Source: the human T2T-CHM13v2.0 reference genome, Homo sapiens
NCBI RefSeq assembly: GCF_009914755.1
Contig: NC_060936.1
Direction: 5' to 3' (one strand)
DNA length: 64,000 bases
Part shown: piece after piece, positions 27,870 to 41,645 of the stretch
Layout of the letters: each line of letters starts with the position of its first letter
Position numbering within the stretch: position 1 is the stretch's first letter
Position numbers and translations under genes: made by a program
The notes under the pieces: generated by a model
What the model was told of the DNA's origin: nothing
The model's database searches: none
What the model saw: the letters and a program-made list of their open reading frames with translations, nothing else

Positions 27870-28490
27870 AAACATATTTTTTCATTTCTAGAAGTTTGAT
27901 GTATACATTTTAAATATCTTTTAGTGTCTCTACTTAAGTTTTTGAACATATATAGCTGTAATAGCTGTTTTAATATCCTTGTTTGTTAATTTTAACATCT
28001 GCCTCAGGTTTGGTTTGGTTTCAGTTGATTGTTTTCCCTTCATTATGGTCATGTTTTACTGCTTCTTTGCCTTCCTGGTCATTTTTTTATTGTATGCCAG
28101 ACATTGTATATTTTTTTCCTATTGAGTGTTGAATTTTTTTATTTCTATAAATATTCTTGAGCAGTTGAGTTGTTTGGAAACAGTTTGTGTTTGGGGATCA
28201 AACCTTTATGATTTGTTAATCAGGACCAGAGAAGTGTTTAGTTTAGGGCTAATTATGCTCCACTACTGAGGCAAGATTTCTTTGAGTACTCTACCAAGTG
28301 ATTCATGAATTAGGAGATTTTCTAGTCTGGCTGATGAAAGTAAGCCCTTTTCCAGTCATGTGTAAGAACTTGATACTGTTCCCCTTAATCCTGTGGGATG
28401 GTTCTTTTCCTTATCTGCGGTTGTTTCCTCTTATGCATGTGATAATCAGTAGTGTGATGAATACTTGAGAGGATCCCTTTACAGAACTTG
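27870..28490 (-). mobile_element. Old L1M ORF1/5' region
   Basis: TTTTCATTTCTAGAAGTTTG, GTATGCCAGACATTGT, GGGCTAATTATGCTCCACTACTGAGGCAAGA are typical antisense L1M 5' motifs. Confidence 0.65.
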
Positions 28491-31049
28491 CCATCATATT
28501 TTTCATAGAGAATATCTTGCATTAGCTGATTGAAATATTTATTCTTGATTGGTACTTGGCAGTCCTGTTTACTACCTGTCCTGTATATGGAATATCACTG
28601 CCAACTTTAGCGGGGGGGATGGGACTGGGTGGGCAGTTCCTGCAAAAACTTCAAATGACTAATTAGAAATGTCAGTGGCATTTTCTCCCTCAGAAACATC
28701 GCTGTTTAGGATCGTGAATTTTCTTTTACTCATATTTGATTCGATTATCTTTCTTTCAAAGAATTTTTCTAGAATGAATATTTTACTTGTATATTAGGAA
28801 TAGTTTTTAAATAATCAGAACACAACTGCTCTCCTCAATTATCATCATTCTCATTACTCATTCCATTTCTCTGGCTGGCAGCCTATGGACCACTGGAAGG
28901 CCCGGCCAGGGGTGTGGTCATCAGGACTTCCCAAAAGCACATCTCCTTCCTCTGTGGCTTGACTGTGTGCCTCTCCTCTCGAGCTGCAACTGTACCATGA
29001 GTCTCCCTTCCAGATCAAAAGGAAGATCCCGACCGCAGTCCTTTGGAATAAGATTTGCTAGTATTCAATGTTCTTTCTTGTGTCTCAACTCATATCCATA
29101 TTTTCTTCTCAGAATTCCATAGGTTTAGCCCTTTGGGGGTTTGTACTTTTTTCTTCTTATTTTTTATACTGCCTGTTCCTACTTTATGCTGTGTTTTACC
29201 CATATTTATGTCATTTTAATCAGTTCCATAAGACTGTGTTTGAACTCCCCACCTCCACTTGCTTTTGTTTTGGGTGATGACTGTGCTGTCCACCTCTGCC
29301 ACTTGTTTCAGGCCCTACTACTTTTTCCCTCCAATGTTCCTTCTTTTGTGTCTGCCATCTATTATTGCTGAATACGTTATTGTCGTTTTTGTCTTCTTAT
29401 TTTATTTTCTCCTCTTCTTCCTTCAGTGGATGTCTTGAGATGTTCTTGCTTCTTATGTTCCATGTTTGCTGACATAGGGCAAAACTAAGAATCTGCGACA
29501 AGACAAGCTGCTTTTTCCTCTATCAAAGCTGCCTTCTTCGGGCAGCTGTCCTTCATTCTCAATTACTTTATCTACTCTTTTTTGCCTTTTTCACATCCAA
29601 CCTGTAATCTATATTTTCCTTTCTTCAGCTATATCTTAAACTGTTAAAATAGAGCCTGACATGTAGTACACATTCAGTAAATATCTGTTGAATAAAAGAA
29701 AACAATAAATGAATGAATGGTTGTTTGGTAATTATCGCCTCAGTTGTTGATTCTTTGCTTTTATTTTAGTTCCTGGAAGCTGGTCTGCCTGGATCAGCAT
29801 TGCGTGTGGTGCATATTTTTATGTAGTTTGCATTACCTTATGCCCCACAAAGACCACACATTTCTTACTATACAGGAAGTGCTGTTGCATCCTGGGCTTC
29901 TATATGCATAGTGATTTTCCTTACCATGTGTGTTGATGTGTTTTTAAAGTGGGAAGTGGAGGCTTTTGTGCATAGAAAGGAACCATGTATAGGTATTTGA
30001 ATATTAAAATAACATTTAATTAATTTAAGTTGCAAACGAAACTATAATTTTCTTAGGACTTTAAGTTCACTTTGTGATTTTGATTTTACTTATAAACTAA
30101 GTAATTTTTACATAATTTGAAATCATCCTTCCACTTATTTAATTCAATTTTAGCGGATTAAAATCCTTTATAGTCATAGTAATAAGCCATCAATTAAGTT
30201 CCCCTAAATTTTTAAAAACACTTCTAATTTATTATATCAAGCAACTGAGTTGCCTCACAAGGCCAACTTAAGCCTCAAAAGGCAAAATCAAAGAAATTGT
30301 AAATCTCATAATTCACCCTTAAAACCATAATGAGTCAAAATATTCAAATACTGTCTATAAACATTATCAAATTATCAACTCTGTGACTTAAGATAATGAG
30401 AATAAAATTGATTATAAATTTCACATAGAAGTTATGAAGATCAATTTGTCAGATTTCCTAATGTTAGGTTTTATTAAACATTACTAATACTTTAAACACA
30501 AAAATTATAACTTCTGTTTCTAAACCTATTAAACAGTATTAATGCTTTGGGTGGGTCCAATTTACTTCATGATCTTTATGTTCAATTTTTAGCACTCCTA
30601 TAATTGTAAAATCATTTCCCTATGAAGGGGAGCAGTTTTACATCCCAGCTGGGCTGAGGTTACGCGGTTGAAAGACCTGGGGCTGTGATATAGTTACTTA
30701 TTTATCAGATGTTTAAGATAAACATGGTTCATAGGCTACAAACTTCTAGAATGATTCTGCCCAAGCCACAGACAGACACACTGAGTCTTTTTCTATATGC
30801 TGTGTCCATGAGGGGCCAAGATCCTGTCTTTTTGTTGGGATTGATTTGGCAGACAATGTCTCCTGGCCATTTTAACCCCACATTATACTTTTTCCCAAAT
30901 CTTTTATAACACCTTAAAACATTAATTATCTTATCTTTTCTAGGTGGAGATTTGTGTACCCTATTTAGGTTGCCACAAATTGCTTTTATCACTTGGTTAA
31001 AGTCTTCATTTCTTTCACATTTTTTTTTTCAGCTTGACTTTAAATCTTG

Positions 31050-31205
31050 TGTACAAATCCAAAATTTGAACATTAACTGGGAGTTTTATGACATTAAGGA
31101 ATTACTGTTCACCATTCTTTTAGGGGTGATCATGGTATCATGGGTATTTTTAAGAGTCTTTATCTTTTAGAGATATATTCAGAAATATTTACTGATGAAA
31201 ATACA
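31050..31205 (+). mobile_element. Old L1 3'UTR fragment (L1MC/ME-like)
   Basis: GACATTAAGGAATTACTGTT...TTATCTTTTAGAGATATATTCAGAAATATTTACTGATGAAA. Confidence 0.55.
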
Positions 31206-31299
31206 AGTAAAACACAAGTCAATAAATCATATTAGACCCAAAGTATTCCATTCATGCAAATCCTCAGGATCACAATGATTTAGAAAAGGTGAAATCCAG

Positions 31300-31815
31300 A
31301 GGCCAGAGCAGGGTCCTTCCCTAATCAGCTTTATCTTTCATGCTTTTCTTAATCAAATGAAAAGAATCCCAATTCGAGTTAAAGTAGCAAAATCTCCCCT
31401 CCGCCCTCTCCGCTCTCTCATTTCCCCTCTCCCCTCACTTTTGATTCTTTTTGCCTAGGTTTGGACCTGATGTTTAGTCTTGTTCCACATGGTGGCAAGA
31501 AGGCTTCAGGTAGCTCCAGGGTTGTATGGTACTGACAGCTAGCAGTCTCAAAAGGAGAAACTCAACGGCCAGCATCCATGACAATTACTCCAGAGAGCAC
31601 TGATTGGCCATGCTTGGGTCATGTGTATTCCTCTGGACCAATCACTGTGACTCAGGAAATGGGGTGTTCTGATTGAACACCCTGGATCACAGGGTAGTGG
31701 GAGAAGCAGGGCCCTTTGATCCATAGACTCAAGAAAATGATTTGGAGTTCGGGAGGGGCAGTTTTCTGCAGTAAGGAACACCAGACAAACAAAAAAGTGG
31801 CAGATGCCCATTACA
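31300..31815 (-). mobile_element. Old MaLR LTR (MLT1J/K-like)
   Basis: CCACATGGTGGCAAGAAGGC...CTGATTGGCCATGCTTGGGTCATGTG...GGACCAATCACTGTG. Confidence 0.6.
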
Positions 31816-32424
31816 GAACAAAATATATTCAGACAATTTTGTGAGATTCATGTATATCAAGTCTTTGGCTGTTCCTGCTGCCAGCTACAATCGTTGTCTG
31901 TCCCAAATGGAAAGGCACTTGGCAGCTGATTAACTCAATCCCTTCTTCCTTGGCATAGCACTATTTCATTTTTGTATTGCTCAGTTCCAAATCTGTCTTT
32001 TACTTTTCCTGGAACTGCTAATACATTACAGTCTTTATCCAAGTCACACAAGGTCTTCTATATTTGTTTTTAATTTGGAATCATCACCAAGTTTTTCCAG
32101 AATTCTATGTTCTTTCCTATAGATATATATTCTCCAGGATAACTCCTGTTTCCCAGCTAAGCCAACTTCCTGGGGATTTGAATTACTGAAAAGATGTCCC
32201 TTTAGGCTCATCCCAATTCATGTAATAAATTGAGTCCCAGTGCATAATCTTACAGTCAGCTGCTTTTAAAATGAATTCTAAACTCAATTGAGTTTCCATT
32301 CAAGAGGCATTTCCTATTCCTACTTTTATCTTCCCCTGTCAGAAAATGCAGAGCTGCTTCTAGTTTCCTGTCCTCCTGGGATGCTGCTGCTGCTGCTGAT
32401 GATGATGACAATTATAATAAGAAG

Positions 32425-32650
32425 GTAGTTAATATTTACTAAGTAAATTAGTGCTGGCATTGTGCTAGGTATTTAGTGCAATCTCTCTTTTAATCCTGAC
32501 AATGTGCCATAAGGCAGATGTCAAACCCCAATTTTACATAGAGGGAAATAGGCTCAAAGTGGGGACTTACTCCAGGTCACACAGCCAGTAGGTGGACTAT
32601 CTGAGATTTGAAACCAGGTCAATCCAACCCCAAATGCCACGCTCTTTATC
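32425..32650 (-). mobile_element. MIR SINE
   Basis: CCCCAATTTTACATAGAGGGAAATAGGCTCAAAG...CCAGGTCACACAGCCAGTAGGTGG...GATTTGAAACCAGG. Confidence 0.7.
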
Positions 32651-33059
32651 CCTGTGGTTAGACACATGAAACTATCACCTTTCTTTCCCTTTTCTTATTC
32701 CTCCTCCCCCATCTTACTGGTTTTGCTTTCCTTTCCAGCCCCTTCCAATTCTTTTATCTTTTTTCCTTCCTCTCTTACACAAAGGTTTAATTTGCCTTCC
32801 CCATAGTAGGCACTTAATAGAAAGTTGTTGAAATAGTTGTGTTGCCAATTTATTGAACAGTCTAAATTTATGCTTCCATATTGATGGTCATTGGATCCCT
32901 TCAACCACCTCTGTAAGGAAAGCTAGGTGTTATTCCTATTTCATGCATCAGAAAATTAAACATAGACAATGAAAGAATAACAGACATGTAGGGTCAACTC
33001 GTTTTATCGGAATGAGGGGTTAAAGCCATTGAACAGGTCATGCCCTAATAGACTCTTGA

Positions 33060-33580
33060 AAATCTGAAAAAGCAAGCGATTGATCTGCCTCATTTAGAAT
33101 AAATGCCCGAGTCCTTTCCATGGTCTGAGCCTCTTCCTTTTTGTCCTTTTTATATTCTCAGCCTCCGGGCCCCAGGCTGTTTCTCCCATAGGCAAGCTTT
33201 TACCTCAGGGTTCTGCTCTACCCCTATTGTCTCCACCTGGAGCTCTCTCCCTCAGAAGTCAACAAGGCTCTCTCTCTCTCTCACCTCTTTCAAGTCTTTG
33301 CTCAAATGTCTCCTTAGTGAGGGCTTCCTTGGCTACTGTATTTAAGGCTTCCATGGCTACCATAACTAGGCTACTCAGTTCCTATAGGATTCCCTTTCCC
33401 CTTTCCTGTTTTACTTTTCTCCGTAGAACTTTCCACTTGTTAAATTAATATCATTATTTAAAATTTTCTGAATTTAAAGAATGTTTGCTCCATTAGGACA
33501 GGAATTTTGCCTGTTTTCTTTACTAGTATACAGTAGGTACTCAATAAATTTTCACGGAATGGATGAATGAATAAATGCAG
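33060..33580 (+). mobile_element. L2 LINE 3' fragment
   Basis: TTCAAGTCTTTGCTCAAATGTCTCCTT...CAGTAGGTACTCAATAAATTTTCACGGAATGGATGAATGAAT. Confidence 0.72.
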
Positions 33581-34216
33581 ATTTTCATTCATTCATTTAT
33601 TCAAGAGACATTGACCACACAGGAGATGAGCTGCCTGTCCTCCTGCCTGCTTTGTTTGAACACCTCAAGGAGGAAGGCTAATAAAAGTCCAATGCCAAAT
33701 ATGAAAATAAATATTGCAGTCAGATGTTGAGTAATAAAAAGTAGTGTAAAATTGCTGTCTTAATCGCTATGCCATTGGAGAAGCCCAGTTTAAGACAAGG
33801 AAAGATCTGTAAGACAGGGTCAGCCAGGGAAAGATAGGAAAGGAATTCTAGAGACAGAATCCTTCCCCTCTGCTCCAGCCCAAGATGCTGCCTCCTGTTT
33901 TCTGAGAAATAAGAAGGCAGGTCTATTCCTGTTATCTTGGGACTCAGCAGGGCAGCCCTGTTCTTTAACAAGACAATCTTTCAATTTATGTGACTTGCAT
34001 ATTTTAGAATAAATTCTGTTAATATGCAAGCACTAATACTGTAATACAATCATTTCTACTTCCTGCCAGTGTTTTATGTCTAAGGCGGCAGCTCAGTGCA
34101 GAAAGAAATTTAGGTAGGCAAGGGAATAACACTGCTTTCCCTTCATGCTCAACAATGTGCCACCTGACATGGGATTCTTTTCAGTTCATTTGTTTGTAAT
34201 TTAAACCAATTCCTGT

Positions 34217-34568
<352 letters not shown>

Positions 34569-35130
34569 TCAGGAAGACTCCCAAATTAAGGAAAGGACTA
34601 TCACCATCAACCTCAAATTGAAAATTAAATCATTTTTCAATGTCTTGAAAAATCATACAGAATCTCTACAAGTCTTGGCTTTGCCTTAATAATAGTCAGT
34701 ACACTAGCCAACGATGGCACCAAGATTAAAGGAGGAGGTGAGTCTGGAAACACATGAACTTGACCTTCTACAATCGATTTCCTGTGAGGGAGACTCTGGA
34801 CATGGGCAAAGCTTTAAGCCAAAGATCTGTGATGCTCAAGGCTCATCCAGGCATTGGCAGTGTATTCAATGTATAAAAAAAATTCTTTTATTTCCAATGA
34901 CCTGTTTTATGTTAATTTTATTGTGATGTAGAAAAATAACTAGTGTGTCCTTCAACTTACTTGCCAAAACCTACTCTTTTAAATATTTTCTCAGGAGAAA
35001 AGTCATTTTAATTTTAACTTAAAAAAAAAAAAACCACAACTTTTCAGGTAAATTGCCAAACAGATGTTTAGTGCTTAGAGTCTCAGGGCAGCCTTTGTGT
35101 TGTGGTTGCAAACATACCTATCTTCTAGAT

Positions 35131-35378
35131 CAGAGGTCAGGAAACTACATCTCTGTGTCACAAACACGACTGCCGTGCGTTTTTGTAAATAAAGTTTAGG
35201 ATAACCACAGTCATTCATTGCATATTGTCCACTGTCTACTGTCTACATATATTGTGTACTGTCTCTGGGTGCCTTCCCTGCTATGGCAGAGTTGAGTAGT
35301 TGAGATAGAGACAGCATAGCCCACAAAGCTTAAGATATTTGCTCTCTAGCCCTTGACAAAGAAGTTTGCCAACTCCTA
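35131..35378. mobile_element. MER58A (hAT-Charlie DNA transposon)
   Basis: TIRs CAGAGGTCAGGAAACT / AGTTTGCCAACTCCTA; NTCTAGAN-type flanks TTCTAGAT / ATCTAGTA. Confidence 0.8.
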
Positions 35379-37972
35379 ATCTAGTAGAGGCAAATTTCTG
35401 TTATAAAGTCTGTACTTATGTTTACTCATGAATGCACCCATTCTTTTAGAATAACATGGATCATAGTGTACATAATAAACTGTTCCAAAATGGCAATATG
35501 GTTTAGTGACCATATATTATTGTCACCATTTCCCTTATTATGTTAACTTCTATTAGATGAAAATGCTATTCTGTAAAACAGAATTATGAAACAGTATACA
35601 CAGCACAGTGTGAGAGTCAATGGCAAGACATTGCACACAATGAAACCCAGTGAAATGTGAAGAGGCTAACCGGGAAGTCTCCGTAAGTGCATATATTTCA
35701 CAGCTGTGGTGCTAAGAGACAGATTGCTTGGAATGCCATGAGTAGACAAAGCCAAACAAAAATGAGAGCATGAGGAAATTTTTCTGGTGAAAACAATTTT
35801 TCCTTACAAATTTGAAATATTTTCCCTTTTATGTTATATTCTTTTTTTCCCCTTTTGAAGTAACATGGCTTCATCCTCTGCCAAATGTATTCCTTCCCAC
35901 CCCTACCCCACTTTTGGTTTCTTCAATAAATAAAAATTGATTCCTTCACCTCGTTCACATGGACAGTTTCACAAGCTTATAGTGCATGTTGAAAGAAGTG
36001 TTGGATTGATTTTTTTTCAGTAGATGAAAACAGTAAAATTGTTAAACTGCATTAAAAAATTTTCCATATAATTGAAGGTGAAGGCATCAATAAGCAAAGC
36101 ACTTTTAAGGCAATACTAAGGTTCTCAGCCTTTGGACTGTATTGCTTTTCTTCTCCCCATCACGGGGAATGAGATCCATTCTTGGCTGTTTAGTATTCTG
36201 TAATGAAAGGAAAAGTCACTCCCACATTTTTTGGGGTAGAGAAGGGGTTGTTAGTCAGCAGGACTATCAAACAACAGTAGTCATTGCTGTTGCCTGGGCT
36301 TTTGAGGGGACCAAAGGAGACCAAACCGAAAGGTTCTGTAAAGTCTGTCTAAGTGAAAGATGTTGCTGTTATCATCTGATTTAGTCATCGAAACCTCCTA
36401 AGAACCTCTACAGAGGTTTGAGATGGGGAAGGAAGGAAGTGAAAGTAAAATCAAGCATTTCTGTGACTATTTAAAGCCACCCTAGCAATAAGCCTTGCAT
36501 GGTAAAGAGTTGAAATTGAATGAGGCTTTCAGTTTTCTGTGGGTTTCACTGATTCACATTAGCCCAAGGGCTTTTTGTGTCTCCCCATGTAGCAGTAGTT
36601 ACACCCCTGGTTGGCATGAGATAAAATCCTGCCGTGCACACAGAAACCAACTTCTTAGGCATTAGTCAGGGTCTCTCTGAAGTAGAAGTGCCTGAGCCAC
36701 TTCCGTTTTTTTATTTTTAATACTCATGATGTGTTAGAAAGTGAAGAAATGCCAAGACAGACTTACAAACACTGTGGTATACTTTTTAATGTTTATGTTT
36801 AAGAAATTAGTAGTCTTAACACATGCATTTAAGTAAGTGCAATGTAATTATTTTGCTTTTCAAAAGATTTCAACATAAAGAAGCATTTCTACAGGGTATA
36901 CTATAGGCAGTGGGACCCAAGTTTAAGGTTGTGTGAGGGACAACTCCCTCCAGTCAGACGAGTGAAAGTTACTGCACATATAATCTCACTTGGGGATGAT
37001 GTCAAATGTCCATGTCTGCGACCCTGTCTAAACTAGGAGGCTGGGCTAAAAGGCTCCCTTGCCCTCCTTCTCCCAGCTCCCCCCACCCACTGCCACCACT
37101 GAGACCAGATCGTAAGTACACAATTATGCCTGTGTGGGGAAGTGGGGAGGAGAAACACAAGGTATGATGGAGAGGTCCATTATGTACTCTTACACAAATA
37201 TTTTTCAAGTGCATACTATGTGCAGAGGTAAGAAGATAGTACCATAGTTAAACTCATACTTAGGGTTTAAATCCTGGCAGTGTTATTCCCTACTTGAGTT
37301 ATAAAACTTCTCTAAGCCTTAATTTTCTCATCAGTTAGCTCATTTGTGAGGTGCTTCATTAGTTGTTATGAGGATTAAATGACTTACCCACATAAAGTTA
37401 TCTGAACAGCACCACCTTGCACTGTGAGCAAGCAGTATAAAAGTTCTTGACCTCAGGGAGCTTAATTTCCATCTCCCTCACTGCATTTTGCTCTCAGCTC
37501 TCCTGTCTGCAAGCTGGTCTACCTGAAACAACTGCCTTGCAATATCAAAAGATATCTGATAAAACGGGTAAATATAGCTCCACTGATGAGGACAAAAAAA
37601 AATCAGCTGTATTAAGGAAATTCTCTTAAAAAGTCATTAATCTTCCATTCAACAAGCAACAATGTGTGTTAGACACTGTTCGGGGAATGCTGATATTGTA
37701 GTGAACAAACCAGGTGTGGTTCTGTACTCATGGGTGGGAAAGATATTGGATACATACATTGTTCTGCACAATGTAAACATTTTGTTGCAGTATGAAGTGC
37801 ATACAGAAAGTACACAAATAAGTGCACAGCTCAACTCATTTTCATGAAACGAATGCACACATATAATTAGTACCCAGTCCAATAATCGGAATCTTACCAG
37901 AACCCCAGATGCCTTCTTGTGCCTCCTTCCACTCACAGTCACTTCCAAGGGTAAATATTATACTCATTTCTG

Positions 37973-38163
37973 TTAGGTTGGTCCAAAAGTAATTGCGGCA
38001 TTTACCATTAAAGTAATGTGCAGTTTTCCTGCACACATTACTTTAATGACAAAAACCACAATTACTTTTGCACCAACCTAATAAAAGTCAGTATAGTATT
38101 CACTGCCAGGATTCAAACTCTAAAGTAATGGCAAAAGCCGCAATTACTTTTGCACCAAAATAA
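37973..38163. mobile_element. MADE1 (Hsmar1 MITE) with extended palindrome (37973-38081) plus an extra half-copy (38121-38163)
   Basis: TTAGGTTGGTCCAAAAGTAATTGCGG ... CCACAATTACTTTTGCACCAACCTAA; second right TIR CCGCAATTACTTTTGCACCAAAATAA. Confidence 0.9.
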
Positions 38164-38704
38164 TACAACCACAGATTACTTTTTCCTGTTGTAAAACTTT
38201 ATGAAAAAGGAATCCTGACGTACTCTTTTGTAATGGGCTTTTTTTTTTCACTCAACATTATGTTTGTGAGAGTCATCCTTTTTTTGTATGTAGCTATAGT
38301 TTATTTATTCTCATTCTTGCATATTGTTCTCCTATATTGTATGAATTTACCATGATTTTTGTATCCATTCTATTGTTGATGGACATTTGGGTTGTGTCCA
38401 GTTTGGGAATATTACAAATACTGCTTATGTTACTATTAATGCTGTTAACATTCTTGTTCATGCCATTTGTTAGATATACATATGTATTTCTGTTGGGCAT
38501 ATTTTTAGGAGTGGAGTTGCTGAGTATAAGGTATGGGTATGTTCAGTTTTAGTAGATACTGTCAAACAGCTTTCCAAAGTAGTTGTAACAATTTACACTC
38601 TGGTCAGCAGAATAAGAGAGTTCTGGTTGCTTTATATTGTCTGTCTTTTTCATTTTAGTCATTTTGGAGGGTATGTTGTAGTTTTTGCATTATGATTAAA
38701 AACA

Positions 38705-38870
38705 TTTTTTTTTTCAGAGACAGGGACTTGTTCTGTTTCTCAGGCTGGAGTGCAGTGGTGTGATCATAGCTCACAGCAGCCTCGAGCTCCTTGGTTCAGG
38801 CCACCTCAGCCTCCTGAGTTACTGGGACTGCAGTCCTCCCAGCTCAACCTCTCCTGAGTCACTGGGATTT
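38705..38870 (-). mobile_element. Truncated AluJ/FLAM-FRAM monomer with local duplication
   Basis: T tail + AGAGACAGGG...GTGATCATAGCTCACAGCAGCCTC; CTCCTGAGT(T/C)ACTGGGA occurs twice. Confidence 0.8.
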
Positions 38871-39671
38871 TTCCATCTTAATTTTCATCTGTGCTTTCCT
38901 AATGACTAATGGAGTGCCTTTTCATATGTTTATTTTCTGTTTGAACATCTTCTCTCATACAGTATCTATTCTGACATTTGCCCATTTTTCTATCGAGTTA
39001 TTTTCCTGTATCTCATTGATTTGAAGGAGTGCTTTAAATATTCCAGATAATAGTCCTTTGTTAGATATATGTTTGAAAATCTCTCTCTCAGTGTATGACT
39101 TTTTACTCTCTTAATGGTTTTGGAGAACTGAAGCTCTTAATTTTAATGCAGTCCAATTGATCAATATTTTTCCCCTTCACAGTTATTGCTTTTTGTGTTT
39201 TAAGAAATCTTTGCCTGAGACAGTTCTTGTGGAAACAGCTAGTGCAACACTGAGAAACTGTTGTACATTATGTTGCCTAGAGTACAAACAGCACAGTCAG
39301 GATAGCTAAAGGTGACCCCAAGAAACCAAAAGGCAAGATGTCTGCTCATGCCTTGTTTATGAAGACAATGCTGGGAGGAAAATACAAATAATAATCCAGA
39401 GGCCTCTGTAAACTGCAGTTTCCAAGAAGTGGAAATACACTGAGAGGTGGAATACAATGTGTGGTGAAAGAGAAATACAAATTTGATGAAATGGTGTGGT
39501 ATACTATGAGCAGGAAATAAAGGATTATAGACCAACTAAGGGAGGCAAGAAGAAAGATGATAACACCCTCCCCTCATGCCCCACCTTCCTCTTCTACTTA
39601 GATCTCTGCCCAATAGTAAATCCACAAATTTAGGCATTTCTACCGGAGATGTCGCCAAAAACCTGGATGAC

Positions 39672-40237
39672 TGTTATGTATGTAGAATTCCTAAAATGCC
39701 CCCATAAAGATATTTCCCCCTAATCCCAGGAACCTGGGAATATGATGAGACATCACTCACTAGTGTGGTTATCATATTTCATGGCAGGGTTAGGTAATCT
39801 CCTTAAGATAGGAGATTATCTTGGAGGATCTAATTTAATCACATGAGACCTTTTAAGCAGAGAGCTTTCTCCAGCTGGTGGCAGAAGAAGTCAGAGAGAT
39901 TTGAAGAGTAAAGGGGTTATGGCTTGAAGTTGCAGCAGGCCCACCTGAGAAGGAATTCAGGAAACCTTAAAAGACCTGAGAGAGGCCCTGGCCAACAGGC
40001 ATCAAGGAAAGAGGATCCTCAGTCCTACAACCACAAGGGACTGAATTCTTCCAGCAACCTGTGTGGGCCTGGAGGTGATGTCTACTTAGAGCCTCCAGGT
40101 GAGGACCCAGCTTGGCTGATGGCTTGGTTCCCGCCTTGTGATTCCCTGAGAGGAGAACCAGGTGACATCGTGCTGGACTTTGTTAAAAGCTGTTAAGTGT
40201 GTGGTAATTTGTTATACAGTGACAGAAAAATAAAACA
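39672..40237 (+). mobile_element. MLT1E-like MaLR solo LTR inside the HMGB3 pseudogene
   Basis: TG...CA ends; CCCTAATCCCAGGAACCTGGGAATATGATGAG; CAGTCCTACAACCACAAGGGACTGAATTC; GTGGTAATTTGTTATACAG; splits the HMG box B sequence. Confidence 0.8.
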
Positions 40238-40338
40238 TGCAGGATAATTTTAGTGATGGTGAAAAGCTACCTTATAACAAAGTTGAAGGAGATGTATGGG
40301 AAGTAGGTGGCCAACTATAATCTAAAGCAAAGGGATGG

Positions 40339-40764
40339 TGATAGAGTTTGGCTATTTGTCCTCACCCAAATCTCATGTGGAATTGTAATCCCCAATGCTG
40401 GAGGAGAGGCCTGGTGGGAGGTGTTTGGATCATGGGGGCGGATGCCTCATGAATAGCTTGGGCCATCCCCTTGGTGATAAGTGAGCTCTCACTCTGAGTT
40501 CACACAAGATCTGCTTGCTCAAAAGTTTGCGGCAGCTCCCCTGTAACCCATGCTCTCTCTCTTGCTCCCATTCTTGCCATGTGAAGCGTCTGCTTCTCTT
40601 TTGCCTTCCGCCATGACTGGAAGCTTCCTGAGGACCCCCCCAGAAGCAGATGCCACTATGCTTCCTGTATAGCCTGCTGAACTGTGAGCCAATTAAACCT
40701 CTTTTCTCATAAATTACTCAGTCTCAGGTATTTCCTTATAGCAGTGCAAGAACTGCCTGATACA
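40339..40764 (+). mobile_element. MST (MSTB-like) solo LTR inside the HMGB3 pseudogene
   Basis: TGATAGAGTTTGGCT...CCCAAATCTCATGTGGAATTGTAATCCCC...GATACA; perfect TSD GATGG (40334-40338 / 40765-40769). Confidence 0.88.
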
Positions 40765-41645
40765 GATGGAATAAAGAGATCATCTAGCACACACCAGAAA
40801 AAAAGATGGAAGAGTAAGGTGAGGAGTATGAGAAAGGGAAAAAGAGGATGCAAAAGAGAATAATGAGGAAAACTGCATGTCTGTCTCCATGTGTATGTAT
40901 ACAGGACAACTGCAGTAACTGACCACCTCCTATTTGAGAGTCTGTTGTTCTCACTGGGTTTCATTCCGCAATTGAAATATAATTACACTGTAGTTTTTGA
41001 AGCGCTCCAGGAAATGCAAGTGGTTTCTATGTTGTGTTCATGGGTGTCACAAGCACCCAGAAATTCAATCAAAGTTGTCCATATTTCTAAACATTTTTAA
41101 AATGAAAAGAAACTCTTTTGTTATCCTCACTCCATGAATTTAGAGATCTGTGAGAGAAGGCAATTAAAAATGTTCCTGAAATTAAAAAAAAAAAAACTTA
41201 TGTGTAAGGTAGTGTTATTGATTAGAAGTCTTGAGTTATCAACTGTACATCAGCTGTAATTTGTAAAAAGAACAAAACAAACTAGATGACTTTTTATGGT
41301 CTGTGCTTGGTGGTGTAATGCTGTAGAAGGTGGCACTTTTTGGAGGGGGCTGTAGCTCAAGGATGAGGCTAAACCTCTTTACACTGCTTCCGGCTGTCTT
41401 GTTTTTCTATACAGTGACATAACATTCTGCTGACATTCTTAGCTGTGGAAAAGGGGCACTGGCTGGCATGGGAAGTGTTCTGATTATTTTTAATTAAATC
41501 TAGTAGTTTGAAAACAAACTGTAGAGGTCTTCGTTGTCAGAAAACTGCATAGGTACTGCTTCAAGGAAGGTGCATAAGCCTTCTGACCTCAAGCACACAC
41601 TTTGCAACATTCTGTTATTTTTTTGGTATCATTAGAACGCTAAGA

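Noticed and set aside
39302-40863. Functional HMGB3 paralog
   Set aside because: ATG mutated to ATA, frameshifts, and two LTR insertions within the CDS.
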